This document shows, in pieces, positions 19,686-29,068 of a stretch of DNA of 64,000 bases. The notes under the pieces are model-generated. The model did no database searches. It worked only from the letters and a program-made list of their open reading frames with translations, and had not been told where the DNA came from. Source of the stretch: an uncultured Nitrospiraceae bacterium (GTDB taxonomy: Bacteria > Nitrospirota > Thermodesulfovibrionia > Thermodesulfovibrionales > UBA6898); contig CAWEQH010000001.1 in NCBI GenBank assembly GCA_963811165.1, forward strand, positions 224,001 through 288,000, written 5' to 3'. The translations under genes were made by a program, and so were the position numbers. Each line of letters opens with the position of its first letter. Within the stretch, counting starts at the first letter, position 1.

Positions 19686-20234
19686 ATGCTCAACAATAAA
19701 TGGAAGCACGGGAAGGTACACTTTGAATTACCTCAGATGCCCCTTCCTTTGACTGCTTCTCCAGGGATAAAGCCCATATCCGTTATTCTGGACATGGATA
19801 TTGGACCAGAAATCGTTCTACTGATAACAGAACCAAGGGATAAGATAGATGAGTTCGAGGGGCGGAATATAACCAGCTTCATGATGAAGTCTGGTCTTGT
19901 GAACACGTCTTTTGGTCCAGTATATTGGCTTGTATTCTACTTTCCCGATCCTGTAACGGGTAGAAAAGTAACTTACGAAAACACCGTCAATCCCAAAGAC
20001 GAACAGCAAGTATCAATTTATGAGCAGCTTTCGTCTCAAGAATATTGGCATGTAGTTATGGCAGACGACACAGGAGAGGTCGTGAATTTTTTTGAATTCC
20101 CCAATAGTTATGGCTTATCGGATGCTCTTCAACAGGTTCAGAATGTTTGCTCAGAAATGCAGGTAACTGACTTCATGGCAGCAAAGGGTGAGTATGAAAG
20201 CAGATATTCCATTGATGAATTGTTGGAGATATAA
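19686..20234 (+). CDS. Hypothetical protein, 182 aa, acidic
   Basis: SD AAGGAGG, protein-like composition, AT-richer than flanks, no recognised motif. Confidence 0.75.
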   Translation: MLNNKWKHGKVHFELPQMPLPLTASPGIKPISVILDMDIGPEIVLLITEPRDKIDEFEGRNITSFMMKSGLVNTSFGPVYWLVFYFPDPVTGRKVTYENTVNPKDEQQVSIYEQLSSQEYWHVVMADDTGEVVNFFEFPNSYGLSDALQQVQNVCSEMQVTDFMAAKGEYESRYSIDELLEI

Positions 20235-20311
20235 AAGAGCTGACAACGCCCAAGCGCACCCTAATTATTGTACGTGAAAATGGAAAATACGACAAAAAGC
20301 TTGAATAAATA

Positions 20312-23300
20312 ATGACTTCCAATATTATCAAAGAGATTATCACAGCCCTTGACGAAGAAATCTCCGCAATTAAAAGAGGCAAAGGGGGCAGCATCGTCAA
20401 AGTATTTAACGGACGATTCCTTCGAGAGGTTTCCGGCCTCTTTGTGTATATCTTCAATCTTGAGAATTTCTTGGCGGTCCTGGACGACTCTCCTGCTGAA
20501 ATAGAAATTCGCGGCAACAGATACCCAGCACAAGTTCTCTTAACTCAGGGGTTGGAAGTGGAAATAGGTATTGAGCGGTTTTGCGGTCAACATATTTCAG
20601 AGGCCAAGTTACAGACTAATCTTTGGTACTTGCTTGAACTACTTAAAAAGAAGTTTGCCGGAATACAAAATGGAACTAATAACGCCATTAGCCTCAGTGA
20701 AGCCCTTTTCAATAACCAGGCAGTCATAAAAACAGGATTAGATAACATAGTGTCATGCGGTAACTGCGGCACCAAAAATAGGATAGGAAATCGCGGCCCC
20801 GCCCAAATTCCAATTTGTGGTAAATGTAAGCAGGAAATAAGGCCGTATTATTCATTTTCCGCAACGCCCCCTAATGACCCGCAAAAGCAGGCAATCGAGG
20901 CTTCTTTCTTTTCTCAGTTGGCAGTTATTTGGGGTCCCCCAGGAACCGGCAAAACTAAAACGATAGCGCAAGCCATAGAAGCCCATCTTAATGCTGGACG
21001 GCGTGTTCTTCTCGTTTCTCATGCCAATGCTGCTGTTGATGAAGCATTGGAAGATGTTGCCGAGCAGTTAAAGACCACACCCTTTTATAACGAGGGAAAA
21101 TTGGTTAGGCTCGGTATCCCACAATCTGGCCATATGGAGAAATTGACAGAGAAATGTCCTTTAGTGCTTCTTGATAAGATTGCAGCCAAACTTGGTGAGT
21201 CATTATCTGAAGAAAAAAGTGATTTAGAGGCAGATAAAACTAGGCTTGAAGGCATTCTCGATCAATATGAAACTGTATTCCACGTGATTCAGACTGCAAG
21301 AACTTTATCTTCTGAGCTGAGCGCACTAAAATCAGAGTTATCCGAATTAACCAATAAACTCTCTGTTGCTAATAATGAACTAAAGCGATTAGAAGAAGCA
21401 CAAAGAAAAAACAGAGAGAAATTGACTGAGGCCAGATCATCGGGCATGATAAAGAGATTTTTTAGTGGTCTTGATCCCCAGAAGATTCAGCGGGAGATTG
21501 ATCAAACGAGTATAGCGATCGATTCCAAGAAAACGGCTTGCAAAAGAGATAACCGACCGTATTCCCTCGCTCAAGGATTTGCATACTACAAAAGAGAAAG
21601 AGATTGAGAGGGCGAAAACGGAAGCCGACAATCTTCTAAATCGCTTGAGGGTCTCTGTGGCGGAAATAGAAAACAAGAAGAAAGAAATGACAGTCGAGAA
21701 AAGATACGATACTAGCAAGGCTTGCAGAAATAAATCAGCAGCTGGATGAAATCCAAAAAAGAATTCTTTCTGAAGCAAGGCTTATTGCCACTACTCTGAC
21801 AAAAACTTTTGCGGCTAAACAATTTCCAGATACACCCTTCGACGTGCTCATTCTTGATGAGGCCAGCATGGCACCATTACCGCACCTTTACTGGGCGGCC
21901 AGCCGATGCCGTGGATATATCACCATTGTTGGAGATTTTCTCCAGCTTCCGCCTATCTGCATTTCAGAAGAAGATATGGCCCAAAAGTGGTTAGGACGAA
22001 GCATGTTTTCTGTTTTAGGCATTAACCGGGTAAAAAGGCTATCCAGGATGAGCGGGTTACACTTCTTGACACGCAATACAGGATGGCTCCGGAGATTTCG
22101 TTAATTCCCAATCAATTCTTCTATCAAAATATGCTTAAGGATCATCCGAGCACAAGCAATCGACGATTGGATGATGGTGTTTCAAAATCACCGCTTGTGT
22201 TGGTAGAGACAGCATGCAATGAATCCGTGGTGCAGTCGGCTTTCCACAGGCGGCCGTTTTAATCTATACAATGCTTTGCTCTGCTGTACGCTTGCAAAAA
22301 AATCATTCCTAACAATTAGTGATGGCAGAATCGGGATAATAACCCCATATGCGGCCCAAGCCCGACTGATAAACAAGATAGCAAAGGATTGGGAAATACT
22401 AGACCACATACGTACAAGTACTGTTCATCGCTTTCAAGGCGGGGAAGAATCGATAATCATCTTTGATACTGTTGAAGGGTCAGGCACCAAGGTTGCGCCC
22501 ATGCTTGACGACAAAAAGCCCGATTCTGATGCAAGGCTATTATTGAATGTTGCGGTAACACGGGCCAAATATCGGTTCTATTTGATTGGTCACACGAAGC
22601 ACTTACTTTCGGATTTACATGCTGATTCTGCTCTTGTCAAGGATAATTCACGCATTTTTATGGTAATGCGCAAAAGATAGCATCCGAAAGTCTTGTGGAC
22701 AGCTACTTCACAAATGATTTTGAAAAGTGGGCTGATGCGCTTTCTATCAACCGACGGACAACCCGACCACCTAATCTATGGTGACATGTATACGGAAAGA
22801 AACTTTTGGGCGCAAATTCTTTCAGGACATAAAAGTAATCCAACACGCGACTCATTATCCTCAGCCCTTTTCTTTCAGTAAGGCGCAGCGGCACTTTTAT
22901 GGATTACTTCAGAGCTATGAAAGGAAGGGGTATAGATATTCGGGTTTATACGCGGCCAAGAAATCAGCAGACTGGTGAGATGGCAAACCAGGCGGATATC
23001 GTAATCGACCAACTTCGCAGTATTGGCGTTAATGTCATTGAGCGACGAAGCATGCACCAAAAAATAGCGATTATTGATGATGCTCATAGCTTGGGAAGGC
23101 AGCCTGAACATACTCAGCCACAAAGACACAGAAGAACACATGAGAAGATTTGAAGGTCCTTCGACTGTTGAAGAGATTATCAGAAACTTAGAGTTGGATG
23201 AAGAGATGCCTAGCGGAAACCAAACCGAAGAAAAATGTCCAGAACCGGGATGTGACGGCTACCTTGTCGTTCGGAATAAATATGGGAGGAAATTTCTTGG

Positions 23301-23349
23301 TTGTTCAAATTATGCAAAAAAGAAATGTCGGTATACAAGGCGAATATGA
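20312..23349 (+). CDS. Upf1-like SF1 helicase fused to PLD nuclease and C-terminal topoisomerase-type Zn ribbon; broken by about 8 indels (assembly errors or pseudogene)
   Basis: Across frames: WGPPGTGKT, SHANAAVD, LDEASMA, VGDFLQLPP, TQYRM, IITPYAAQ, TVHRFQGGE, LNVAVTRAK, MHQKIAIIDD..WEGSLN, CPEPGCDG..FLGCSNY..C. Confidence 0.85.
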
Positions 23350-23462
23350 TTAAATAGGGTGGTCAGTGCCTATTTGATTGACATGGATTAATGGAAAAAA
23401 GGGACAGCTACTGTTTAATGAGGACGGCGAAAGCGCACAGAGCTTCTCTACCGAATGACTGG

Positions 23463-23510
23463 TGCTAACCAAGCGTTCAAGCGGTGACCCCGCTTAACTG
23501 ATTGTTAGCA
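23463..23510 (+). mobile_element. Integron attC-like recombination site (48 bp)
   Basis: R'' TGCTAAC and R' GTTAGCA are perfect complements; L'' GTTCAAGC and L' GCTTAAC pair with the extra C; an ATG follows 4 nt after R'. Confidence 0.72.
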
Positions 23511-23514
23511 GAAT

Positions 23515-23618
23515 ATGATGACCAATAAAGGACCAAAAGAAATTTATCGCGCGCTATTATTCATCTGCGCAGTTTATTTTATTGCGGTATCATTCGCTCA
23601 TCAACTGGGATTCAAGAT
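23515..23618 (+). pseudogene. 5' remnant of a small membrane-protein cassette gene, interrupted by the IS
   Basis: MMTNKGPKEIYRALLFICAVYFIAVSFAHQLGFK starts right after attC and stops at the IS target site. Confidence 0.55.
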
Positions 23619-24942
23619 CACTAGTGTCCGGTTAAGAAGTGAATAAATTCAACTGGTTTTGATTTTCGAGCATAACTGAACGTTCTTCGATAGTCTGAAA
23701 TGCTTGTTGCAAAGGCATTTTCTCGAAAAGGGTAATCGAGAGAATCTGTAACAATGTATAAAGGGATGCATCGAGATTGAGCTTTTTCTTGATGATGGCG
23801 ATGAGTACATACATGGAAACGGCGATCCAGATTTGGGTCTTCACAGCGTTTTCCGATGTACCATAAAACCGTTTGATGCGAAGATGCTGTTTGATCCATT
23901 TGAAGAACAGTTCGATCTGCCAACGGCTTTTGTAGAGTGCAGCGATTGTGAGTGCTGATAGAGTCGTGTTGTTGGTAAGAAAGATCAGAGTTTTGTCTCT
24001 CTCGATATCTTTGAAGCGAATACGACGCAAATGTTCGGGGTAATGACAATGACTGTAGTAGCCGTTCAACATAATGCTCTGGTCGCAGATAATGCCAGAG
24101 GATCGGTCGACGGGCGCAGAGTATACGCGCCTTGCATTGAGGTTCGACTTTGTGCGGGTCACAAAGAAACTGCCTGCCCGGTGCAACGCATAAAGACGAG
24201 CGAAGTCCATATATGCCCGATCCATGATGTAGAACGCCCCAGGTTCCGCAATAAGCAGGTCGAGAATATTGATGTCGTGCCACTTGCCGTCGGTGATGTG
24301 AATGAAACTGGGGATTGCACCCTTGAGATCCAAAAGTGTATGGACTTTGACTGCGGCTTTTGTATCGCGGAACGGAGCCCATGGGAACACCGAAAGACAA
24401 AGATCGATGGTTGTGGAGTCCAGCGCATAAACCGTGTTGGAAAGATCGAGTCCCAAATCCTCGTCTGCGTAGAGCCTTCTTGCTTGAGCGATCAGTCTCT
24501 GCGCAAAATCGGCGTAGATGCGCCAGTCTCGGGATTCGTTTGCGTCGGCCAGAGTCGACCGAGAAATCGCTCCGTTGAGACCCATATGGTAAAGCTTCGA
24601 AGCCTGAGCCGAAAGGCACGCTTCTATATCGCGCAGACTCTCCCGATAGGTCAATTGGGCGAATGCCAAGATGCGAAACTGCTCCGTGCAGCGAAAGGTA
24701 CGAATACGATGATCGCCTCCATAGCGAGCGACTATACGATGAAATGTGCTCCAAGGGAGAAAATCCATGATTTGCGCAAATAGGGTCTTGCCAGTATACA
24801 TTGGCACCTCCGGGAATTTCAGTTCCAGAAGGATTGCCCATTCGGCGATATCTATTCAAGTCGACACCACCAAAAATATTGCAAATATTCTTATCTGTCA
24901 TATAGTTTTAAGTATCAGCCGTTTCTTAACCGGACAGCACTG
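23619..24942 (-). mobile_element. IS4-family insertion sequence, 1324 bp
   Basis: TIRs CACTAGTGTCCGGTTAAGAA / CAGTGCTGTCCGGTTAAGAA (17/20); 9-bp target duplication ATTCAAGAT at 23610-23618 and 24943-24951. Confidence 0.95.
23632..24801 (-). CDS. IS4-family DDE transposase (DUF4372-type N-terminus)
   Basis: LDSTTIDL, MDRAYMDF, LYKSRWQIELFFKWIKQHL (YREK motif). Confidence 0.95.
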   Translation of the reverse strand: MYTGKTLFAQIMDFLPWSTFHRIVARYGGDHRIRTFRCTEQFRILAFAQLTYRESLRDIEACLSAQASKLYHMGLNGAISRSTLADANESRDWRIYADFAQRLIAQARRLYADEDLGLDLSNTVYALDSTTIDLCLSVFPWAPFRDTKAAVKVHTLLDLKGAIPSFIHITDGKWHDINILDLLIAEPGAFYIMDRAYMDFARLYALHRAGSFFVTRTKSNLNARRVYSAPVDRSSGIICDQSIMLNGYYSHCHYPEHLRRIRFKDIERDKTLIFLTNNTTLSALTIAALYKSRWQIELFFKWIKQHLRIKRFYGTSENAVKTQIWIAVSMYVLIAIIKKKLNLDASLYTLLQILSITLFEKMPLQQAFQTIEERSVMLENQNQLNLFTS

Positions 24943-25001
24943 ATTCAAGATGATAACTATATTTGTAATGATGACAGAGCCAATTACAGGAGGACAGGAT
25001 T

Positions 25002-25520
25002 ATGAAGCATGGGATGACAGTAAAACTTTTCGCAATATGTTTTTGTGTTGCAGCATTTTCACTTCTCACTCAACATGCTGCTGCCGGAGACCTCGCAGAG
25101 GGCAAGCTGGTGGTGGACGGAAAAACAATGGAAATTACCCAGGCATATGCCTATGCTGAAAAAGGCTTCTTCGACAATGAGAAGCAAGACGTGGTGGTAT
25201 TACTGTGCGACGCACCTGTGCCGGCTGCCGCGGTTCGCGATTTTTTTGCGCGAAAAGAACTTATCGACTCCGGCAAGCTCCATTGCGTCGAGCAGATAAT
25301 TGATTCCGAAAAGCAGGTTATCAACTTTAAAGTTCATGATAAGGGTTTCGGCAGCAAGCCGCCCAGTGACGGATCTACCGAACAGGTCTTTGATGTAAAG
25401 ACCTTTGACGGAAAAACCGTAGCTGGTCGCTCGTACACAAAATCTCAGCAAAACTTATTTGATGACATACCTTATAGCTATGACATAACCTTCAGTGCAC
25501 AGATCGGTCCGATGAAGTAA
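25002..25520 (+). CDS. Hypothetical exported protein
   Basis: SD AGGAGG, signal peptide ending AAA, beta-rich mature region. Confidence 0.75.
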   Translation: MKHGMTVKLFAICFCVAAFSLLTQHAAAGDLAEGKLVVDGKTMEITQAYAYAEKGFFDNEKQDVVVLLCDAPVPAAAVRDFFARKELIDSGKLHCVEQIIDSEKQVINFKVHDKGFGSKPPSDGSTEQVFDVKTFDGKTVAGRSYTKSQQNLFDDIPYSYDITFSAQIGPMK

Positions 25521-25546
25521 AGAGATGTGCCTCAGGGAAGCATACT

Positions 25547-25726
25547 GTCATAGTCGCGTCAGCCCGGCTGATCCGCCGGGGTAAACAGGACGGGTATCCG
25601 GCCCCCCTTCGGAAATCATAACTCCCCTTAGCCCCCTCTTATCTTAAGAGGGGGAGAGGCGGAGCCTGGGGGCGTTATCTTAAGCGCGGACACAGAGGGG
25701 TGGATTCCCGTTTTCAGGGGAATGAC
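25547..25726. repeat. Composite REP-like palindromic intergenic element
   Basis: Ends GTCAT...TGGATTCCCGTTTTCAGGGGAATGAC; internal perfect 10-bp hairpin CCCCCTCTTA-TCT-TAAGAGGGGG (25632-25654). Confidence 0.55.
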
Positions 25727-25801
25727 CGGAAATGGAGTCTATTACCAACATGTTATGGCAAGGGCATGATAATGACTCAGGAGGCTGTGCTACAATGAGC
25801 G

Positions 25802-27646
25802 ATGCTTAATCACGGCCAGGACATCCAGACTTTGCCCGAAACTTTGAGGACGGTGTTTGGTTTTGAGGCCTTTCGCCCGAACCAGGAAGACATTATCACA
25901 AGCATTATGAACGGACGGGATGTCTTTGCGGTTATGCCCACGGGCGGTGGAAAATCCCTCTGCTATCAGCTCCCGGCAAAGATGATGGAGGGCACGGCCG
26001 TAGTTATCAGTCCGCTCATATCCCTGATGAAAGACCAGGTTGACGCAGCGCTCGAAAACGGCATATCCGCCGCCTTCATGAACAGCTCGATGAACGCAGA
26101 TGAGGTGGCGGACGTCTACCGCATGCTGAAATACAAAAAGATAAAGCTCCTCTATATCGCACCGGAGAGGTTTGTAATGCCCCATTTCCTTGAGACATTG
26201 AAGACCTTCCCCATCTCCCTCTTTGCGATAGACGAGGCGCATTGCATATCGGAATGGGGCCATGATTTCCGTCCTGATTATCTCAGCCTTTCCCTCATTC
26301 CTAACGAGTTCCCCAATGTCCCGGTCGCCGCCTTTACCGCAACGGCCACCCAAAAAGTCCAGGAAGATATCATCGGGAGAATCGGCCTCAGGGACCCCTT
26401 TATTGTGCGCGCCTCCTTTAACCGCCAGAACCTGTTCTACGAAGTCAAATCTAAATCGAAAGTTGAATCCCAGATACTGGAGTTCCTTAAGGGGCACCGG
26501 GACGAATCGGGCATTATCTATCGGACGACGCGCGATTCGGTCATGGAAACAGCCGAATTTCTCGTATCGCACGGGATCAGCGCCAAGCCCTATCACGCCG
26601 GTTTATCTTCTGAAGAGCGGAGCAAAAACCAGGATACATTTAACCGGGACGAGGCGCAGGTGATCGTGGCGACTATCGCCTTCGGCATGGGAATAGATAA
26701 ATCAAACGTACGTTTTGTTCTCCATGCAGACCTTCCTAAAAATATTGAAGGCTACTACCAGGAAACAGGACGGGCGGGACGCGACGGAGAGCCGGCCCGC
26801 TGCCTCCTTTTTTTTAGCCGGGGGGACATCCCTAAGATCCGCTATTTCATTGACCGGATAACGGACGAGGGAGAACGTTCCATTGCCGTGGAGAAGCTGA
26901 ACCAGACCGTGGAGTACGCATCACATAATGTCTGCAGGAGAAAAAAACTCCTCGGATTTTTCGGCGAGGAATATCCTGAAGATAATTGCAGGGCCTGCGA
27001 TATCTGCACCGGCTTTGCCGAACGCATCGACGTTACCGCTGATGCGCAGATTATACTGTCGGCGATTTGGGAGACAAGGCAGCGGTTCGGGATAGGGCAT
27101 ACCATCGACATCGTAACGGGAGCTGATACAAAACGGGTCCGGGAACTCAGACACAATGAGATAAAAACCTATGCAGCAGGAAAACACAGGGACAAGAAGC
27201 ACTGGAGGTTCCTTATGGATGAACTGCTTGCTCAGGATATGGTCCGTCAGGATGGCGACCCTTATCCCGTATTGAAGATGACCCCGAAGGGTCTTGCCGT
27301 CATCTCAGGCGAAGAAGAGGTGAAGGCGCTCAAGAGGGAAGAGGTGGCTGCCAAACCCAGGCGGCCCGAAGGGATTGCACCCACGGGATATGATGAGGTC
27401 CTTTTCGGGAGGCTTCGGGTTCTAAGAAAAAAAATTGCGGAAACGCATCGGGTCCCTCCTTATATCGTATTTTCCGACAAGACCCTTCACGAGATGTGCA
27501 GGCACTATCCGGCGACGTTATCCGACATGAGGATGATCAGCGGAGTCGGTGACGCCAAGCTTGAGAGATATGGGGATGATTTTATCTCGGAGATAAAAAA
27601 GTATCGGACCGACCATCCCGCTATTTTACGCGGGACCGGCGGGTAA
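25802..27646 (+). CDS. recQ: ATP-dependent DNA helicase RecQ
   Basis: MPTGGGKSLCYQLP, DEAHCISEWGHDFRP, QETGRAGRDG, RQC Zn cysteines, HRDC domain. Confidence 0.97.
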   Translation: MLNHGQDIQTLPETLRTVFGFEAFRPNQEDIITSIMNGRDVFAVMPTGGGKSLCYQLPAKMMEGTAVVISPLISLMKDQVDAALENGISAAFMNSSMNADEVADVYRMLKYKKIKLLYIAPERFVMPHFLETLKTFPISLFAIDEAHCISEWGHDFRPDYLSLSLIPNEFPNVPVAAFTATATQKVQEDIIGRIGLRDPFIVRASFNRQNLFYEVKSKSKVESQILEFLKGHRDESGIIYRTTRDSVMETAEFLVSHGISAKPYHAGLSSEERSKNQDTFNRDEAQVIVATIAFGMGIDKSNVRFVLHADLPKNIEGYYQETGRAGRDGEPARCLLFFSRGDIPKIRYFIDRITDEGERSIAVEKLNQTVEYASHNVCRRKKLLGFFGEEYPEDNCRACDICTGFAERIDVTADAQIILSAIWETRQRFGIGHTIDIVTGADTKRVRELRHNEIKTYAAGKHRDKKHWRFLMDELLAQDMVRQDGDPYPVLKMTPKGLAVISGEEEVKALKREEVAAKPRRPEGIAPTGYDEVLFGRLRVLRKKIAETHRVPPYIVFSDKTLHEMCRHYPATLSDMRMISGVGDAKLERYGDDFISEIKKYRTDHPAILRGTGG

Positions 27647-27668
27647 CACACCAGGGAAAAAGCAGGAC

Positions 27669-28403
27669 TTATTTCCCGCCGCAAGCCGGACAGTCAGGGT
27701 CCTTGAATCCCTTGAAGGTCCTGAAGCTCATGTCCTGTCCGGACCATACAAGGAGTCTTCCCTTCAAAACTTTTCCTATTCCCGAGAGGTATTTCATCGC
27801 CTCCATCGCCTGGAGTGTCCCGATTACGCCAGGGGTCGCACCGAGGACAGGGAATACTTCCTTTGGCGGAGACTCGGGGAAATAACATCTCAGACAGGGC
27901 GTCTCGGGGGATTTGATAAAGGTGATGCGCCCGTCAAGCCCCCATATGCTTCCATGGACCAAAGGGATGTTCTTTCTGATGGCGCATTCATTGAGGAGAT
28001 AGCGTGTCGGGAAGTTGTCCATGCAGTCGAGGATAAGGTCCGAGTTTCCCACCAGAGCATCGACATTTTCAGCGACGATCTTGTCCGTAAAGGCGGTAAT
28101 GCTTATATGCGGGTTCAACTCTTCTAAGGTCTGCTTCGCTGAAACGGCCTTGTTTATCCCTATCCGGTTATGATTATGGAGGATCTGCCTGTTGAGGTTC
28201 GACCGGTCAGGCGAATCGAAGTCGCATATCCGTATATTACCTACGCCTGCCACGGCAAGATAGATCGAAACCGGCGACCCAAGACCTCCGGCCCCGGCGA
28301 TAAAGACCGTGGAATCCTTTATCCTCTCCTGGGTCTCAATCCCCCAGCCCTCCATCATCATCTGGCGGTTGTAGCGGTCGATCTCTTCCTGTGTAAGTTT
28401 CAT
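27669..28403 (-). CDS. HesA/MoeB/ThiF family adenylyltransferase
   Basis: RYNRQ, GAGGLGSP, SNLNRQILH, PCLRC and CPAC Zn motifs. Confidence 0.92.
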   Translation of the reverse strand: MKLTQEEIDRYNRQMMMEGWGIETQERIKDSTVFIAGAGGLGSPVSIYLAVAGVGNIRICDFDSPDRSNLNRQILHNHNRIGINKAVSAKQTLEELNPHISITAFTDKIVAENVDALVGNSDLILDCMDNFPTRYLLNECAIRKNIPLVHGSIWGLDGRITFIKSPETPCLRCYFPESPPKEVFPVLGATPGVIGTLQAMEAMKYLSGIGKVLKGRLLVWSGQDMSFRTFKGFKDPDCPACGGK

Positions 28404-28594
28404 GCCTTTTGCCTCGGACTAACGAAGTATAGCAAATGCGTCATGCTGCCTTCAAGAAACAGCAAGGGGAATTGACAAGGGGCATTTCTTCTAGTAGCTT
28501 GTGAATAGGCACTGATTACTTAACCGCAATCTTGCAAACAAAGCAACAAAAAGAAGGACCGTCCGGTTTCTTCTTCTCAGTAAAGGAGGCATCT

Positions 28595-29068
28595 ATGATC
28601 TCTCTGGAAATCAACGGACAAAAGCACGATGTTGATGTGGCTCCCGATGTGCCGCTCCTGTGGGTCATTAGGGAACACCTTAAATTGACCGGTACAAAAT
28701 TCGGCTGCGGTATAGGGATGTGCGGCTCCTGCACCGTCCATCTTGACGGGAAGGCGATAAGGTCCTGCCAGACAGCGGCGGGCGATGCGCAAGGGAAAAA
28801 GATCACCACAATCGAGGCGGTTGGGGGTACCCAGGCCGGGGCGGCGGTCCAGAAGGCCTGGATCGCAGAAGACGTGCCCCAGTGCGGGTACTGTCAGTCC
28901 GGCCAGATCATGACGGCTGCGGCGCTCCTAAGCCGGAACCCCAAGCCCACGGACGCAGAGATTGACGACTACCTCTCCGGCAATCTTTGCAGGTGCGGGA
29001 CGTATCAGCGTATCCGCAAGGCGGTCCACAATGCCTCTAGAGAGATGAAGAAAGGGGGCAAGTCATGA
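28595..29068 (+). CDS. iorA: Isoquinoline 1-oxidoreductase-type small subunit, 2x[2Fe-2S]
   Basis: [43 protein letters not shown] before ATG 28595. Confidence 0.9.
   Translation: MISLEINGQKHDVDVAPDVPLLWVIREHLKLTGTKFGCGIGMCGSCTVHLDGKAIRSCQTAAGDAQGKKITTIEAVGGTQAGAAVQKAWIAEDVPQCGYCQSGQIMTAAALLSRNPKPTDAEIDDYLSGNLCRCGTYQRIRKAVHNASREMKKGGKS

Noticed and set aside
20238..20270. attC between the 182-aa gene and the helicase gene
   Set aside because: A CCCTAA complement is present but there are no L boxes and no R' site.
19472..23411. AAGGGAC motifs at both ends of the helicase region as direct repeats
   Set aside because: Only 7 bp identical, which could be chance.
24950..25159. ORF continuing the IS-interrupted gene
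   Set aside because: Mostly overlaps the better-supported 25002-25520 gene and does not look protein-like.
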